A DNA stretch of 64,000 nt from a virus: the IMG/VR virus record IMGVR_UViG_3300023184_000079, positions 1-64,000 of that record; one strand, given 5' to 3'. The notes beneath the pieces were generated by a model, which saw only the letters and a list, made by a program, of their open reading frames with translations, had not been told where the DNA came from and ran no database searches. Made by a program: the position numbers and the translations under genes. This document shows, piece after piece, positions 39,707-48,659 of this stretch. The stretch's first letter is position 1, and each line of letters starts with the position of its first letter.

Positions 39707-39734
39707 ATTGTAGCATAATTTCCAAAAATGACAA
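39707..39734 (-). promoter_or_regulatory. Promoter for candidate ncRNA
   Basis: TTGTCA-16-TACAAT with extended TG. Confidence 0.6.
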
Positions 39735-39785
39735 CCTGCTCATGCTTTTCTGGGTGGACGAGGAGAGCATACTCCTTTTGGCTGC

Positions 39786-40301
39786 TCAATGCAAGCCTTT
39801 CAGGATCTTAGTAGTCCGTGCTATTAGAACGGTCTGTCTAGCAGCCCAACGCACCTGCCTATCTGAGACAACCTTCAACGAGGCGTGTGATAGCGCAACC
39901 CCGCCACATCCCCATGCATGGATGTTGTATGTATTGATGATCCGCTGTGCTTGGATCATTTGCTGTATAGGTGTGGCTTTGTCTGCCGACGGTGCCATGT
40001 CAAGGCCACCGAACTCTTCGGAGTTCCAGTTTGCGGCGAACACACCAAGCCCTCCGGGGTACGTCCAGTTCCTTGTTTGATGCCAAGCAATTCCCCACTT
40101 ACCATCTCCCGGCTGCTCACAGCGACCCAGAGCAATGAACACCTTCCAGTTTGGGACAAGAGTCTCTAGACGGGTGTGCCTTACTGGCTTGTCTGCGCTT
40201 CTCATACTGAATAGTACCCGTGCCGAAGCAAAAGACGGATACACACAGACGCAAGCGAGCAAGGATAAAACGATACTGATTGTTATTATTCTCTTATTCA
40301 T
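39786..40301 (-). CDS. Secreted Rpf-like transglycosylase
   Basis: Signal peptide MNKRIITISIVLSLLA...ASA; ALGRCE...YPGGLG...ADKATPIQQMIQAQRI...AWGC resembles the Rpf domain. Confidence 0.65.
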   Translation of the reverse strand: MNKRIITISIVLSLLACVCVYPSFASARVLFSMRSADKPVRHTRLETLVPNWKVFIALGRCEQPGDGKWGIAWHQTRNWTYPGGLGVFAANWNSEEFGGLDMAPSADKATPIQQMIQAQRIINTYNIHAWGCGGVALSHASLKVVSDRQVRWAARQTVLIARTTKILKGLH

Positions 40302-40723
40302 GCGATCCCCACCATTCTCCCGCAGGTCCAGTCGCTCCAGCCGCGTGTCTGCCAGAACCAGTAGGCGATTCTGGTATTCCACACTGGATCAAAGATGTTA
40401 GCGCCAAGCCTCCAGCCTTCACCGTTGTACAACTTGTTTATTTGGAACAAGCCGTAGTCTCCTGTGTGGCTGACGGCGCGAGGAGTCCATACGGATTCAC
40501 ACGCGACGATCAGCATGGCGTTGCTAGCCTCTGACCCAAAGCCGATGCGAACAACACATTGCAACTCAGGCTTCGTCCAATTCGCAGGACGATGATTGCA
40601 AGCGTACATGCGGCGTGTCTGGGTGTTGTGTTCGTGAGGGTTAGGGACCTTCACTGATGCTGCCGCTATTGAGACGACAGTTAGAAATAACGAACAAACG
40701 ATGAATGTTAATAGCACCTTCAC
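40298..40723 (-). CDS. Secreted SLT-type lytic transglycosylase
   Basis: Signal peptide; IVACES...AVS...DYGLFQIN...FDPVWN...GWSDWTC. Confidence 0.8.
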   Translation of the reverse strand: MKVLLTFIVCSLFLTVVSIAAASVKVPNPHEHNTQTRRMYACNHRPANWTKPELQCVVRIGFGSEASNAMLIVACESVWTPRAVSHTGDYGLFQINKLYNGEGWRLGANIFDPVWNTRIAYWFWQTRGWSDWTCGRMVGIA

Positions 40724-40840
40724 GGGCTACCTCCTTCTCATACCGTCCCTTTTGGGTGGTTAGTCACACGGCTTTTTTGTGACGGAAATGCGGATCGTCA
40801 ACATCTCCTAAACAAGTAGTTCCCTTATTATGGTTCGTGC

Positions 40841-41026
40841 CTACGATTTATAATAGCCTGTCTCCTCCACCCGCTTTACCTGAGCCTTTAGTTTATCCAC
40901 ATTTGCCGTAGGTGTGTTCTTGCCGTGACCGGGCAGCGGATTGCCCATCTTTTTTGCCCCACGAATGATGCGACGCATCTTCGCAGCCTCCATCTTATTC
41001 TTCTTGATGCTTCCGATATTTGCCAT
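40841..41026 (-). CDS. Small basic hypothetical protein
   Basis: MANIGSIKK start after the upstream stop. Confidence 0.5.
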   Translation of the reverse strand: MANIGSIKKNKMEAAKMRRIIRGAKKMGNPLPGHGKNTPTANVDKLKAQVKRVEETGYYKS

Positions 41027-41027
41027 A

Positions 41028-41504
41028 TCAGCCCTTCTCGTTGACGATTTCTTCTGCCAGCATATCAGCAATGACGGCCAACACGTCGTCGGAGTCGCGC
41101 TGCTGCTTTAGCAGAGTATCGTACTCTTCGTCGGTCAGCGCCCTACTAAACGTGATTTGCACAAAGCGCGAACCGTTGAACCCGTTATGCGACGGATTCA
41201 AATTGAGCGTTTTTGCGACTCCGTGTTCGTCCATATGCTCTGGCAGGGTGAGCGAATCGTACTCCTCCGGGTCAAGCGTGATGTGCATGCGCACTCTCTG
41301 CCCAATGACCTTGGAGTCCGGGTCGCCAGCCTCGCCGCTCCATGCGTTTCCCACAATTGCGCTGACCGAAGGCAGCGTGACCATCATCAATCCGCTCTGA
41401 ATGATGTCCCGCTTCACATCTGCACCGTTGTGATAGATGACTTGAACCTTGGGTTCTGCGATATTGATTTCCATTGTGCTTGTCCTTTGTTCGTGGTTGC
41501 ACAT
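41028..41504 (-). CDS. Hypothetical protein
   Basis: 158-aa ORF, GAGG SD. Confidence 0.6.
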   Translation of the reverse strand: MCNHEQRTSTMEINIAEPKVQVIYHNGADVKRDIIQSGLMMVTLPSVSAIVGNAWSGEAGDPDSKVIGQRVRMHITLDPEEYDSLTLPEHMDEHGVAKTLNLNPSHNGFNGSRFVQITFSRALTDEEYDTLLKQQRDSDDVLAVIADMLAEEIVNEKG

Positions 41505-41573
41505 TGTTGTCGCCTCTTATGACCAAAATCTTACTACAGAAAAATTTGCTTTGTGTTAAAATCTTTTTGCAAT

Positions 41574-41897
41574 TTATTCGCAGAAATCTGGTTCCGTTGC
41601 AAAGCATCCATTCACGCGCCCATGAATATCTACGACACGACTAGGGTGTCCGAAACGCGCAATCCACTCTTCAATGGTGTACAGCGTGATGTCCTTGCGC
41701 TGGGGCCGCCACTCCGTCTCAATCCAGTCCGCGAGCGTCATGGCACCCTCGCTTATTGCAGCATCAAACTCTGCAAGCCTTGCTAGGTAAGTTTCCACCG
41801 TTTTGACATCTTGCGTTTCACGCAGGTGGGCTATTCTATTTTTCAGCGACTTTTTGTATTGCGCGTCTTGGGTCTTGCTTTCGTCGCACAGCGCCAT
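41574..41897 (-). CDS. Hypothetical protein
   Basis: AAGGAG SD. Confidence 0.55.
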   Translation of the reverse strand: MALCDESKTQDAQYKKSLKNRIAHLRETQDVKTVETYLARLAEFDAAISEGAMTLADWIETEWRPQRKDITLYTIEEWIARFGHPSRVVDIHGRVNGCFATEPDFCE

Positions 41898-41899
41898 CC

Positions 41900-42370
41900 T
41901 TAGACTCCTTGTCCTTGCAATTTACGAGGGTAGCCCCATACATACGGAAGGTCGTCAGGGACATGCCCGTAGAACGGAGAGTAGTGGTCAGGGTTTTTTC
42001 GCATGAGATTGGATTGATGAGAAACATGGATCTCCATATCACCCCACCAGCCGGGATGACTAGCAATCACAAATGGTTCACGATAATGCTTGTGGTAAAA
42101 GGCGGATCGCACCCTCTCCATGCAGTTGTCGATGTAGCCTCTATCCGTCCACTCGTCGCAAATCGCTTCGGTGTAATGGAGCAGGGCGTACTCCCAGCCT
42201 TGCCACATGACAACAGCAGGATGATTCCGCCAGCCCTTGCGATGCGTTGGCTGCACACCGCAAAGGATGTTCATAATCTGCAAGCACTCCACGCGCTGCT
42301 TACCCAGCCGCTGTCTATCTAAAACAGCGGCGCAGTCTGCATAAACTATTTCAGGAATAAAGGTCTGCAT
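41900..42370 (-). CDS. MSMEG_6728-like / T4 endonuclease V-like pyrimidine-dimer glycosylase family protein
   Basis: MQTF.P...LDRQRLGKQRVE.LQI...GWRNHPAVVMW...SHQSNL.RK.P..Y...LPYVW. Confidence 0.8.
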   Translation of the reverse strand: MQTFIPEIVYADCAAVLDRQRLGKQRVECLQIMNILCGVQPTHRKGWRNHPAVVMWQGWEYALLHYTEAICDEWTDRGYIDNCMERVRSAFYHKHYREPFVIASHPGWWGDMEIHVSHQSNLMRKNPDHYSPFYGHVPDDLPYVWGYPRKLQGQGV

Positions 42371-44251
42371 TCAGAACGCTCCGTTGATGATCCGTGCAAG
42401 CAAGCCTACCAGAATCGACTCGTCCTCGTCCACTTCACGACCGTCGATAGCAGCGGAGATAATCTGGTTTTTACGATCCAGCAAGGCGGCAAGAGTCTCA
42501 TCTACCGTGTCCTCTGCCATGAGGTAGTAGCAGGTGACGGGATTCTGCTGACCGCTGCGGTGGCAGCGATCCTCCGCCTGATGGTGGCGCACGGGAGACC
42601 ATGCCAACTCCGCAAAGGCGACGTTAGAGCAAACATCCTGCCAGCCGTCAATACCCTCGGCAGCCGCGTCAATGTTCGCCACAACCAGCCGCACGTTGTC
42701 GTCATTGATAAATGCGTCAATCGCTTTCTGACGCTTCTCGGCACTCATGCCGCCGTAAATCTTGACAGCCTTGTCACCGAACTCGTCCATGAGACGATTG
42801 ACCGTTCGGCGATGGATGCAGTAAATCAGCAACTTCTCATTATCGTTGGTCATAAAATCGCGCACCCAATCAACGATGCCGCTCATCTTCCCATCAACAC
42901 AGGTCTGGCGCAACGCACCCAGCCGCACCAGAGCCTCTGCCTTTTCGGCACGAAACATCCGCTCCGCAATGGCGTAGCCACGACGCTCCGCACGAAGGGA
43001 CGGCGGCATCGAAGCCAACTCAGATTGCAAGCCAGAGTCACGAGCGACCCGATCTTCAACCCAATAGCGCAAGTCGCGCATGATGTTGTCATAGTCACCA
43101 CGATTGGTGATTTTCAGGGGCAGGCTAATGCGCTCCTTCGGCGGCAGTTCGCCCATGATCTCGTCCTTTGTGCGACGGATGACGATGCCGTACTCGCGCA
43201 ACTTCTGCGACAACTCAAACAGATTGCTAGATCCGCTGATGTCCCAGCCGTACCCGTTGTGGACGGGGCGGCAGTACCGCTCCATAAAATACCACTTATT
43301 GCGACCCTGTAGGAAGTCGTCAAAGCGACCCAACACCTGTAGTTGCGAAACGATTTCAGCAGGACGGTTCACCATTGGCGTGCCGGACAAGGCGATGCGG
43401 AAATCCACGCGCGCAGCAAGGTTGAGAAGAGTCTTGGTGCGCTTCGCCTTTGGGTTCTTGATGAAGTGCGCTTCGTCGATAATGACGCTCTTGTAATCGA
43501 ACACAGAGAGATGTCCATCTTTGACCGTGGTCAGCGGCGACCACGCCTCCACGATGTCGTAGTTCATCACAACGACATCGGTGTCAGCCGGAATAATGTT
43601 CTTGGCGCTGGCAATATGGGCGGGAGCATTTTCGGTATTTTTCTTGCCGCTAGCGACGTACACCTTGAGGTCGGGGAAGAAGCGATTGATCTGGCGCTCC
43701 CATCCCAACTTGACCGACGCAGGGCAAACAACAGCCACCGGCAGCCGGTCTGCAACGACACACGCAGCCATTGCCGAAAGCGTTTTGCCCGTGCCCATGT
43801 CGTCAGCAATGTAGACCTTGCGGTTCTCTAACGCCCAATGCACAGCGGCACGTTGATAGCCGCGCAGGTCGCCTACAAGCCCCGGCACGTTTACCGGCGG
43901 TGCGTCAGCAGCAGAAGCCTTCTCACGGTTGTTGGCGTGGCGCACAGGAGCATCATCGTGGCGCTTCTTGACCTCAGAGAGCAGCGCCTTGGCGTCCTTC
44001 GACATCTCTAGGTCGTAGTCCCGAATCAGACGAGACAGGTTGTCGATGATGCGCGGCTCTGCAGGCACCGTCCAAGCCCCGACGTTCTCACCCTTATAGG
44101 GGAAATACTTTGGATGAAACTTGACGCGGGCGTCCTGCGTGCGGAGAACGCGCAGGCAACCAACGATGAGGTCAAACTCATTGCGGTCAAGATCATGGAT
44201 TGCTACTCCGAAACCGGAGCCGTCCTTTAGTGCGCCTACATACTTCAACAA
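42371..44251 (-). CDS. SNF2-family (SMARCAL1-like) helicase/translocase
   Basis: ADDMGTGKT, IIDEAH, LSGTP, QAEDRCHR.GQ. Confidence 0.9.
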   Translation of the reverse strand: MLKYVGALKDGSGFGVAIHDLDRNEFDLIVGCLRVLRTQDARVKFHPKYFPYKGENVGAWTVPAEPRIIDNLSRLIRDYDLEMSKDAKALLSEVKKRHDDAPVRHANNREKASAADAPPVNVPGLVGDLRGYQRAAVHWALENRKVYIADDMGTGKTLSAMAACVVADRLPVAVVCPASVKLGWERQINRFFPDLKVYVASGKKNTENAPAHIASAKNIIPADTDVVVMNYDIVEAWSPLTTVKDGHLSVFDYKSVIIDEAHFIKNPKAKRTKTLLNLAARVDFRIALSGTPMVNRPAEIVSQLQVLGRFDDFLQGRNKWYFMERYCRPVHNGYGWDISGSSNLFELSQKLREYGIVIRRTKDEIMGELPPKERISLPLKITNRGDYDNIMRDLRYWVEDRVARDSGLQSELASMPPSLRAERRGYAIAERMFRAEKAEALVRLGALRQTCVDGKMSGIVDWVRDFMTNDNEKLLIYCIHRRTVNRLMDEFGDKAVKIYGGMSAEKRQKAIDAFINDDNVRLVVANIDAAAEGIDGWQDVCSNVAFAELAWSPVRHHQAEDRCHRSGQQNPVTCYYLMAEDTVDETLAALLDRKNQIISAAIDGREVDEDESILVGLLARIINGAF

Positions 44252-44274
44252 GATGTTTCCTTTCTACAAATACA

Positions 44275-44320
44275 ACTCTATCACATGTTGTTGTAAAACA
44301 CAAGTTAAGATTGTGTTTAG
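44275..44320 (-). promoter_or_regulatory. Degenerate copy of early promoter repeat
   Basis: CTAAACACAATC upstream box, TTGTGT-17-TAGAGT, short SD leader. Confidence 0.5.
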
Positions 44321-44333
44321 TAGTTATTGCGAT

Positions 44334-44570
44334 TTATTGGTTGGGGAGGTGACCGCTGCTCTCATCGCCGGGATCGCTGTTTGTGAAGAAGGGAGCAGCG
44401 GCTGTAGTTACGCAGACGACCTGCCGCTCGTACTCCACAACGTCATCTGCAACGTCGCCCGCCTCAGCAGTACGCACCAGCGTTTCGGCATCAGCCGCCG
44501 TGAATGCAGACACAAGCACAACGCACTTGGCGGTTGCCGTGTATATGACCTCAAATGTTTGGAGTTTCAT
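44334..44570 (-). CDS. Hypothetical protein
   Basis: 78-aa ORF with GGAG SD. Confidence 0.5.
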   Translation of the reverse strand: MKLQTFEVIYTATAKCVVLVSAFTAADAETLVRTAEAGDVADDVVEYERQVVCVTTAAAPFFTNSDPGDESSGHLPNQ

Positions 44571-45054
44571 TATTCTTCTTCTCCATTACGGCAATACAAA
44601 AGTTATTCCAGTTGCCAAACTTACGATAGATTGTTGTAAACACTGGGTGGTCGTTATTGGCGCTGTGCCAATCAGAACTTTTCGGGAGCCTGCCATGTGT
44701 TTGCTCCCAGCAAATCGCTGCGTAAATACATTTGCTAATCGGCCACTTGGTCTTGGCGCGTGCTGCGGCAGCGAGAGAGAGCGTAGAGTCTTTGACCACA
44801 CCATAACGAACAAGCGTGCTGCGAGAAGTGCCAAGAGCACTTTCGATTGTCTCCCAAGTAATCTCAGGATTCTCCAAAATCATTCTGTTTGCGTCAGCAA
44901 CAAGCATACCGATGCGAGCACCTTTATACTCGGTCCCAATAATCTGCCGTACTCGCTCACGACTGATCTGAAACATTCCGCCAATGTCGGCAAGTGTCGC
45001 CCCATCTGCGCGAAGCGCAAGCATTACCTCTACACGAGAATCGTTTGTTGTCAT
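44551..45054 (-). CDS. Sigma70 region-4-like HTH protein with HNH-associated repeat
   Basis: TLADIGGMFQISRERVRQI; HP...IYRKFGNWN. Confidence 0.65.
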   Translation of the reverse strand: MTTNDSRVEVMLALRADGATLADIGGMFQISRERVRQIIGTEYKGARIGMLVADANRMILENPEITWETIESALGTSRSTLVRYGVVKDSTLSLAAAARAKTKWPISKCIYAAICWEQTHGRLPKSSDWHSANNDHPVFTTIYRKFGNWNNFCIAVMEKKNNETPNI

Positions 45055-45065
45055 ATCATATACTC

Positions 45066-45311
45066 CTAAAATGGATTGCTGGATTTGGTGGCGACGGTGC
45101 TGGTAATGATCGCTTGAAAGCATTCAGGATGAAAGGCTGGCGGACGACCACGACGGTGCGAACGGGGTATGGGCAGATTGCAACGCTGACAATCTTGCTC
45201 ATAAAACTTGGGCTTGCTCCCTGCACAGGGCAAGCACCGCTTGCGCGGACGACCCTTCTTGCCCGTTGCCGGGATGACGGTGCCGCACGATATGCACTGG
45301 CTAATAGACAT
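45066..45311 (-). CDS. Zinc-ribbon/AT-hook protein
   Basis: Two CxxC...GRP...C/H units. Confidence 0.55.
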   Translation of the reverse strand: MSISQCISCGTVIPATGKKGRPRKRCLPCAGSKPKFYEQDCQRCNLPIPRSHRRGRPPAFHPECFQAIITSTVATKSSNPF

Positions 45312-45490
45312 GTAAAGAAACAACCTCCAAAGTGATTGCCGATCCAATAATAATACCAGAAATAAGCGAAATGATTATTTTGACTTTCATGTTACCGATT
45401 CGGATTTCGCATCGACGATTGCCGTTGTCAAGCCCGGAAAGGTATCCGCGAAGGTAACTATTACGATTGTACATCATTACTCCCTGTTTG

Positions 45491-45949
45491 TCAAATCGGT
45501 TCTTGAGAAGGATAGCCGTCAATGCTGGGGTACAGCCAAAAAGAAATGGTGCCGCCGTAAAACGACATGTCATAACGCACCCCGCCAATAACGTCATGCT
45601 CAGGCATCGTGCTAACTTGTCCCATTGCAGAGAGGCATCTTTCTTTGTCAATGCCACGGAGTTCAGAAAAACTTTCAATCTGTTTATATAATGTATTGAT
45701 GGCGTTTTCTCGTGAATCGCATAGAATCGGATCGCCGTCATAGACACCATTCACGTTTGTCCCGACAATAAACTTGCCATGAATACGGACATGGTACAGA
45801 CCCCATTCTTCCTCGTTGTAAAGACCACTAATCAGACGTAGGCAGTCCTCAATAAGAGGGGTGTCTACCGTAATGCTAGTGAGCCGAAGCGAGTCCAGAG
45901 CCGCACAGAGCGTGTGTGCTTGTGCAATACCAATCTCTACCGATCTCAT
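45491..45949 (-). CDS. Hypothetical protein
   Basis: 152 aa, coupled start. Confidence 0.55.
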   Translation of the reverse strand: MRSVEIGIAQAHTLCAALDSLRLTSITVDTPLIEDCLRLISGLYNEEEWGLYHVRIHGKFIVGTNVNGVYDGDPILCDSRENAINTLYKQIESFSELRGIDKERCLSAMGQVSTMPEHDVIGGVRYDMSFYGGTISFWLYPSIDGYPSQEPI

Positions 45950-46164
45950 CGCGCGTCCTTTTTAGTCAGCGGAGCCTTGCGAATGTTATTGACCGTAATC
46001 ACCAGTAGAGCGGCAACGATGCAGCCTACGCTGGTACCGATAACTGCATCAAACTTGCTGCCCGCCATGTAAACCTCAGTCACAGCGCACATCTCAACAA
46101 GTACGAACATCGTCAATGCGATTAGGTATGTGACGATTTTTTCATTTGCGGTCATGGTGGTCAT
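45946..46164 (-). CDS. Small two-TM membrane protein
   Basis: Two hydrophobic stretches. Confidence 0.55.
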   Translation of the reverse strand: MTTMTANEKIVTYLIALTMFVLVEMCAVTEVYMAGSKFDAVIGTSVGCIVAALLVITVNNIRKAPLTKKDAR

Positions 46165-46355
46165 GCTACCACCACCCAATCCATCGTCGTGCGGAGCAGG
46201 TTGTTGTAGTCGCCAGACATTGCTTCCTTCATGTAGGAATCAACCTCTGCCTTGTCTGCGCCAGCAGCCTTCAGAGCCTTGCTGACGGTGCCAAGGATGC
46301 CAAACGCATTTCCGTCCTTGCCGATCAGACTCACGGTGATGTCATACTTCGCCAT
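46161..46355 (-). CDS. Conserved small phage protein
   Basis: L.G.DGNAF.ILG.V..AL...GDY..LL pattern. Confidence 0.65.
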   Translation of the reverse strand: MAKYDITVSLIGKDGNAFGILGTVSKALKAAGADKAEVDSYMKEAMSGDYNNLLRTTMDWVVVA

Positions 46356-46484
46356 TTACTTCTTCTCCTTTGGGGTTTTCTTTTGGGGTTTTCTTAGGCT
46401 TAGGAATACTCTTACCACTAGCAGAATCTTCCATACGAATACCATACTTCGCAAGGATTTGCTCAACCGTGAGGCGGTCGTCAG

Positions 46485-46730
46485 TCACAGGTACGTCCCC
46501 CTGAGCGGTCCCCAGTTAGAGGGGCGTCGGCTGGGGTTTGCCGGTTCGATGTCCATTTTCTCAATCTCAACGATGCAGTCACACTTGGAACACACGAGAG
46601 ACTGCGGGGAAGGCGTACCGTCGTGGCACACCCAATCTTCCTCACGGGTGATGGGGTCGTCGTGCCGGGTGGCACAGGTCACGCAGTACGTTTCGTCGTC
46701 CTGCCGGTATGCAATGGGGTCTGTTTCCAT
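46485..46730 (-). CDS. Hypothetical zinc-binding protein (leaderless)
   Basis: YCVTC...CSKC; ATG 7 nt after the -10 box. Confidence 0.55.
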   Translation of the reverse strand: METDPIAYRQDDETYCVTCATRHDDPITREEDWVCHDGTPSPQSLVCSKCDCIVEIEKMDIEPANPSRRPSNWGPLRGTYL

Positions 46731-46737
46731 GTGATGA

Positions 46738-46783
46738 ATGATAGGATACAATGTTTAGAAAGTCAAATGAAGATTGTGTTTAG
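46738..46783 (-). promoter_or_regulatory. Early promoter repeat copy
   Basis: CTAAACACAATC...TTGACT-17-TATCAT-7-ATG. Confidence 0.65.
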
Positions 46784-46792
46784 ATATTTATG

Positions 46793-47638
46793 CTAGATAT
46801 CTTTGATGCCGTGAAACAGGATACCCGTCTTGACAGCGGACAAGTCACTCAACTTGTTTTCTAGCGCCGCAGCCATGCGCTCCAACGCCTCGTCGTCCAT
46901 TGTGTCCGCAGCCGTAGCCGTCGGAGCAATCGGGGCAATGAAAGCGCCACTAGCAATGAGCGTATCCAACAGCGAGCGCACGGAGTCCGTAAAGGAATCG
47001 TTATACTTTGTCATATTCAACGATCCAGTCAGTAACGCGCCGATGCGGTCAAATGTCGCCAAACGCTTTTCGGACACGGTGGGAACCGGGATAGCCGGGG
47101 ACTCGCACACCTCGTCCTCGTAGTACAGGGTAGACAGAAGCAGCCGACCGTCGCGCTGGCGCAGCGCAATCGTGTGCTGCCGCTGCCGGTAGACGAACGA
47201 ACCCACGGCGATTCGGTCGCCAACGAGAGCGCAAATCTCTGCATAGCGAGCGGGAGCCTCTTTGCCTGCTTTTGCTTTCTTGTCTACACCCACAAAGTAG
47301 GTGTCCTCAAACCAGATCGGGTCAATCTTGTCCACGAAATCTGTCAAGATGATGGTCTTGCAAGCCTCGGGCATGAGGCTGTCAATCGCATCGTCGGGGA
47401 CGTGAATAAACACGCCCTCATTCACCTCGTAGCCCTTGCGGAGATCCGCCAACTCAACATTGTTGTCGTCGCTGTCCACGCGGCGTTGCGCGATGGGGAA
47501 GCCATTGGGAGCAATCTGGCGGAAGGAGATGTTGTGCGACTCCCGCGCCTTGTAGAGGCTCACGGGCGCGTCCACGGCAATCGCCACATCATCGCCCTCG
47601 TAATCAAAAGAAATCGTTCCTGTCCAGATGCTACGCAT
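46793..47638 (-). CDS. ku: Ku (NHEJ DNA end-binding) protein
   Basis: MRSIWTGTISF...PVSLYKA...ISFRQ...KGYEV...IDPIWFEDTYF...L.Y.DEV. Confidence 0.85.
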   Translation of the reverse strand: MRSIWTGTISFDYEGDDVAIAVDAPVSLYKARESHNISFRQIAPNGFPIAQRRVDSDDNNVELADLRKGYEVNEGVFIHVPDDAIDSLMPEACKTIILTDFVDKIDPIWFEDTYFVGVDKKAKAGKEAPARYAEICALVGDRIAVGSFVYRQRQHTIALRQRDGRLLLSTLYYEDEVCESPAIPVPTVSEKRLATFDRIGALLTGSLNMTKYNDSFTDSVRSLLDTLIASGAFIAPIAPTATAADTMDDEALERMAAALENKLSDLSAVKTGILFHGIKDI

Positions 47639-47921
47639 TGGTGGCCTCATTGTCGTCGTAGTTGTCGGCGTGGTCCCGATTGCCGATGTACTCACACGTC
47701 ATATGCAGGCGCAAAATCGTGCCGTCGTAGTAGGTCAGGGTCAGACTGCCAAGGCTGATGTCGGCATTCGCAACGTGCCCGTCGTATCCCACGGTCTCGC
47801 CTTTGCGTACCCACTCCGCGTAGTCGCGGAGGATCTCCTCCGGCGTGTTGTTGTGAATCACCAGCATCTCCTGAGTTTCGTCGTACTCGCGGTCGTTGGC
47901 TTCGTAGTGGTCGGTTGTCAT
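47631..47921 (-). CDS. Hypothetical protein (leaderless)
   Basis: ATG 6 nt after TATAAT. Confidence 0.55.
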   Translation of the reverse strand: MTTDHYEANDREYDETQEMLVIHNNTPEEILRDYAEWVRKGETVGYDGHVANADISLGSLTLTYYDGTILRLHMTCEYIGNRDHADNYDDNEATNA

Positions 47922-47927
47922 ATAAGT

Positions 47928-47972
47928 ATTATACACACGGGTGGTCAGATTGCAAGTTGTGTTTGCGTTTAG
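47928..47972 (-). promoter_or_regulatory. Early promoter repeat copy
   Basis: TTGCAA-16-TATAAT-6-ATG. Confidence 0.65.
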
Positions 47973-47990
47973 TTATTTACACAATATAAA

Positions 47991-48065
47991 TGGGGAAGCC
48001 CGGAATCGAACCGGGGCGCCAACAGCGTCAAGCCTGTTGTGTCGCTACCCTACGACCACCTCCCC
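47991..48065 (-). tRNA. Atypical tRNA-like RNA (expanded anticodon arm; identity undetermined)
   Basis: GGGGAGG/CTTCCCC acceptor, GTCG/CGAC D stem, CAACAG-GCTTGACG-CTGTTG, CCCGG-TTCGATT-CCGGG T arm. Confidence 0.7.
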
Positions 48066-48244
48066 TAAAGGGTTTTCCGCCAGAAAGGTAAGAGCATCGG
48101 AGGTCAAGTCAGCCAATGCTTTTTGCTCTCTATTACGAAGCCACCGGAGATCAAACCCGGTTTCTTCTTTTTGACCGTGAGCCTTTTCGAAATCTGTCTC
48201 TTGGTGACGGAAATCGCGTAACTCAACGTGGTGGAAAGGTTTGT

Positions 48245-48571
48245 TTAGTCGTCTCTGCTGACCTTCCGCGCCTCCACAGCGAGCAGCACCTCGTAGACCT
48301 CGCCGTCGGCAATGATGTCTCGCTCGTCGTCAGTCAGGTCGCTTTCGCAGACGATGATAAGGTCGCTGCGTTTGCAGCCACCCCACGAACCATCTGGGGA
48401 AGCCCAGATAATGTTTGTCTTGTGCAGCGGACTCCTGATTTCGTCTTGGATTTCTTCCATCATATTTACGAGTCCCCAGAGAATAGACTCTTTGTCCTCA
48501 CCGATGATTGTGATGAGCAACTCCAACTGCTCAGAGAGCATTTGGCTATCAATACTGGTCTTGTCAATCAT
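48245..48571 (-). CDS. Hypothetical protein
   Basis: AAGGAG SD after a promoter copy. Confidence 0.6.
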   Translation of the reverse strand: MIDKTSIDSQMLSEQLELLITIIGEDKESILWGLVNMMEEIQDEIRSPLHKTNIIWASPDGSWGGCKRSDLIIVCESDLTDDERDIIADGEVYEVLLAVEARKVSRDD

Positions 48572-48595
48572 GCAGCGGACTCCTTGTGTATTTAT

Positions 48596-48641
48596 AGACT
48601 AGGGCATGTTGCCCTGAATGTCAAGTTGCGTTTGTGTTTAG
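48596..48641 (-). promoter_or_regulatory. Early promoter repeat copy (with SD leader)
   Basis: TTGACA-17-TAGTCT. Confidence 0.75.
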
Positions 48642-48659
48642 ATGATTTGCGGGATTTAT

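Noticed and set aside
40724-40830. c-di-AMP or c-di-GMP riboswitch ahead of the transglycosylases
   Set aside because: Some hairpins and an AAAGCC...CTAA...TATG stretch occur, but the conserved cores (GGCAAA/GNRA arm; ydaO GCUGAAU) are missing; needs cmscan.
47991-48065. tmRNA or standard tRNA-Ser/Gln call
   Set aside because: No mRNA-like domain and no G3:U70 pair; the anticodon cannot be assigned in an 8-nt loop.
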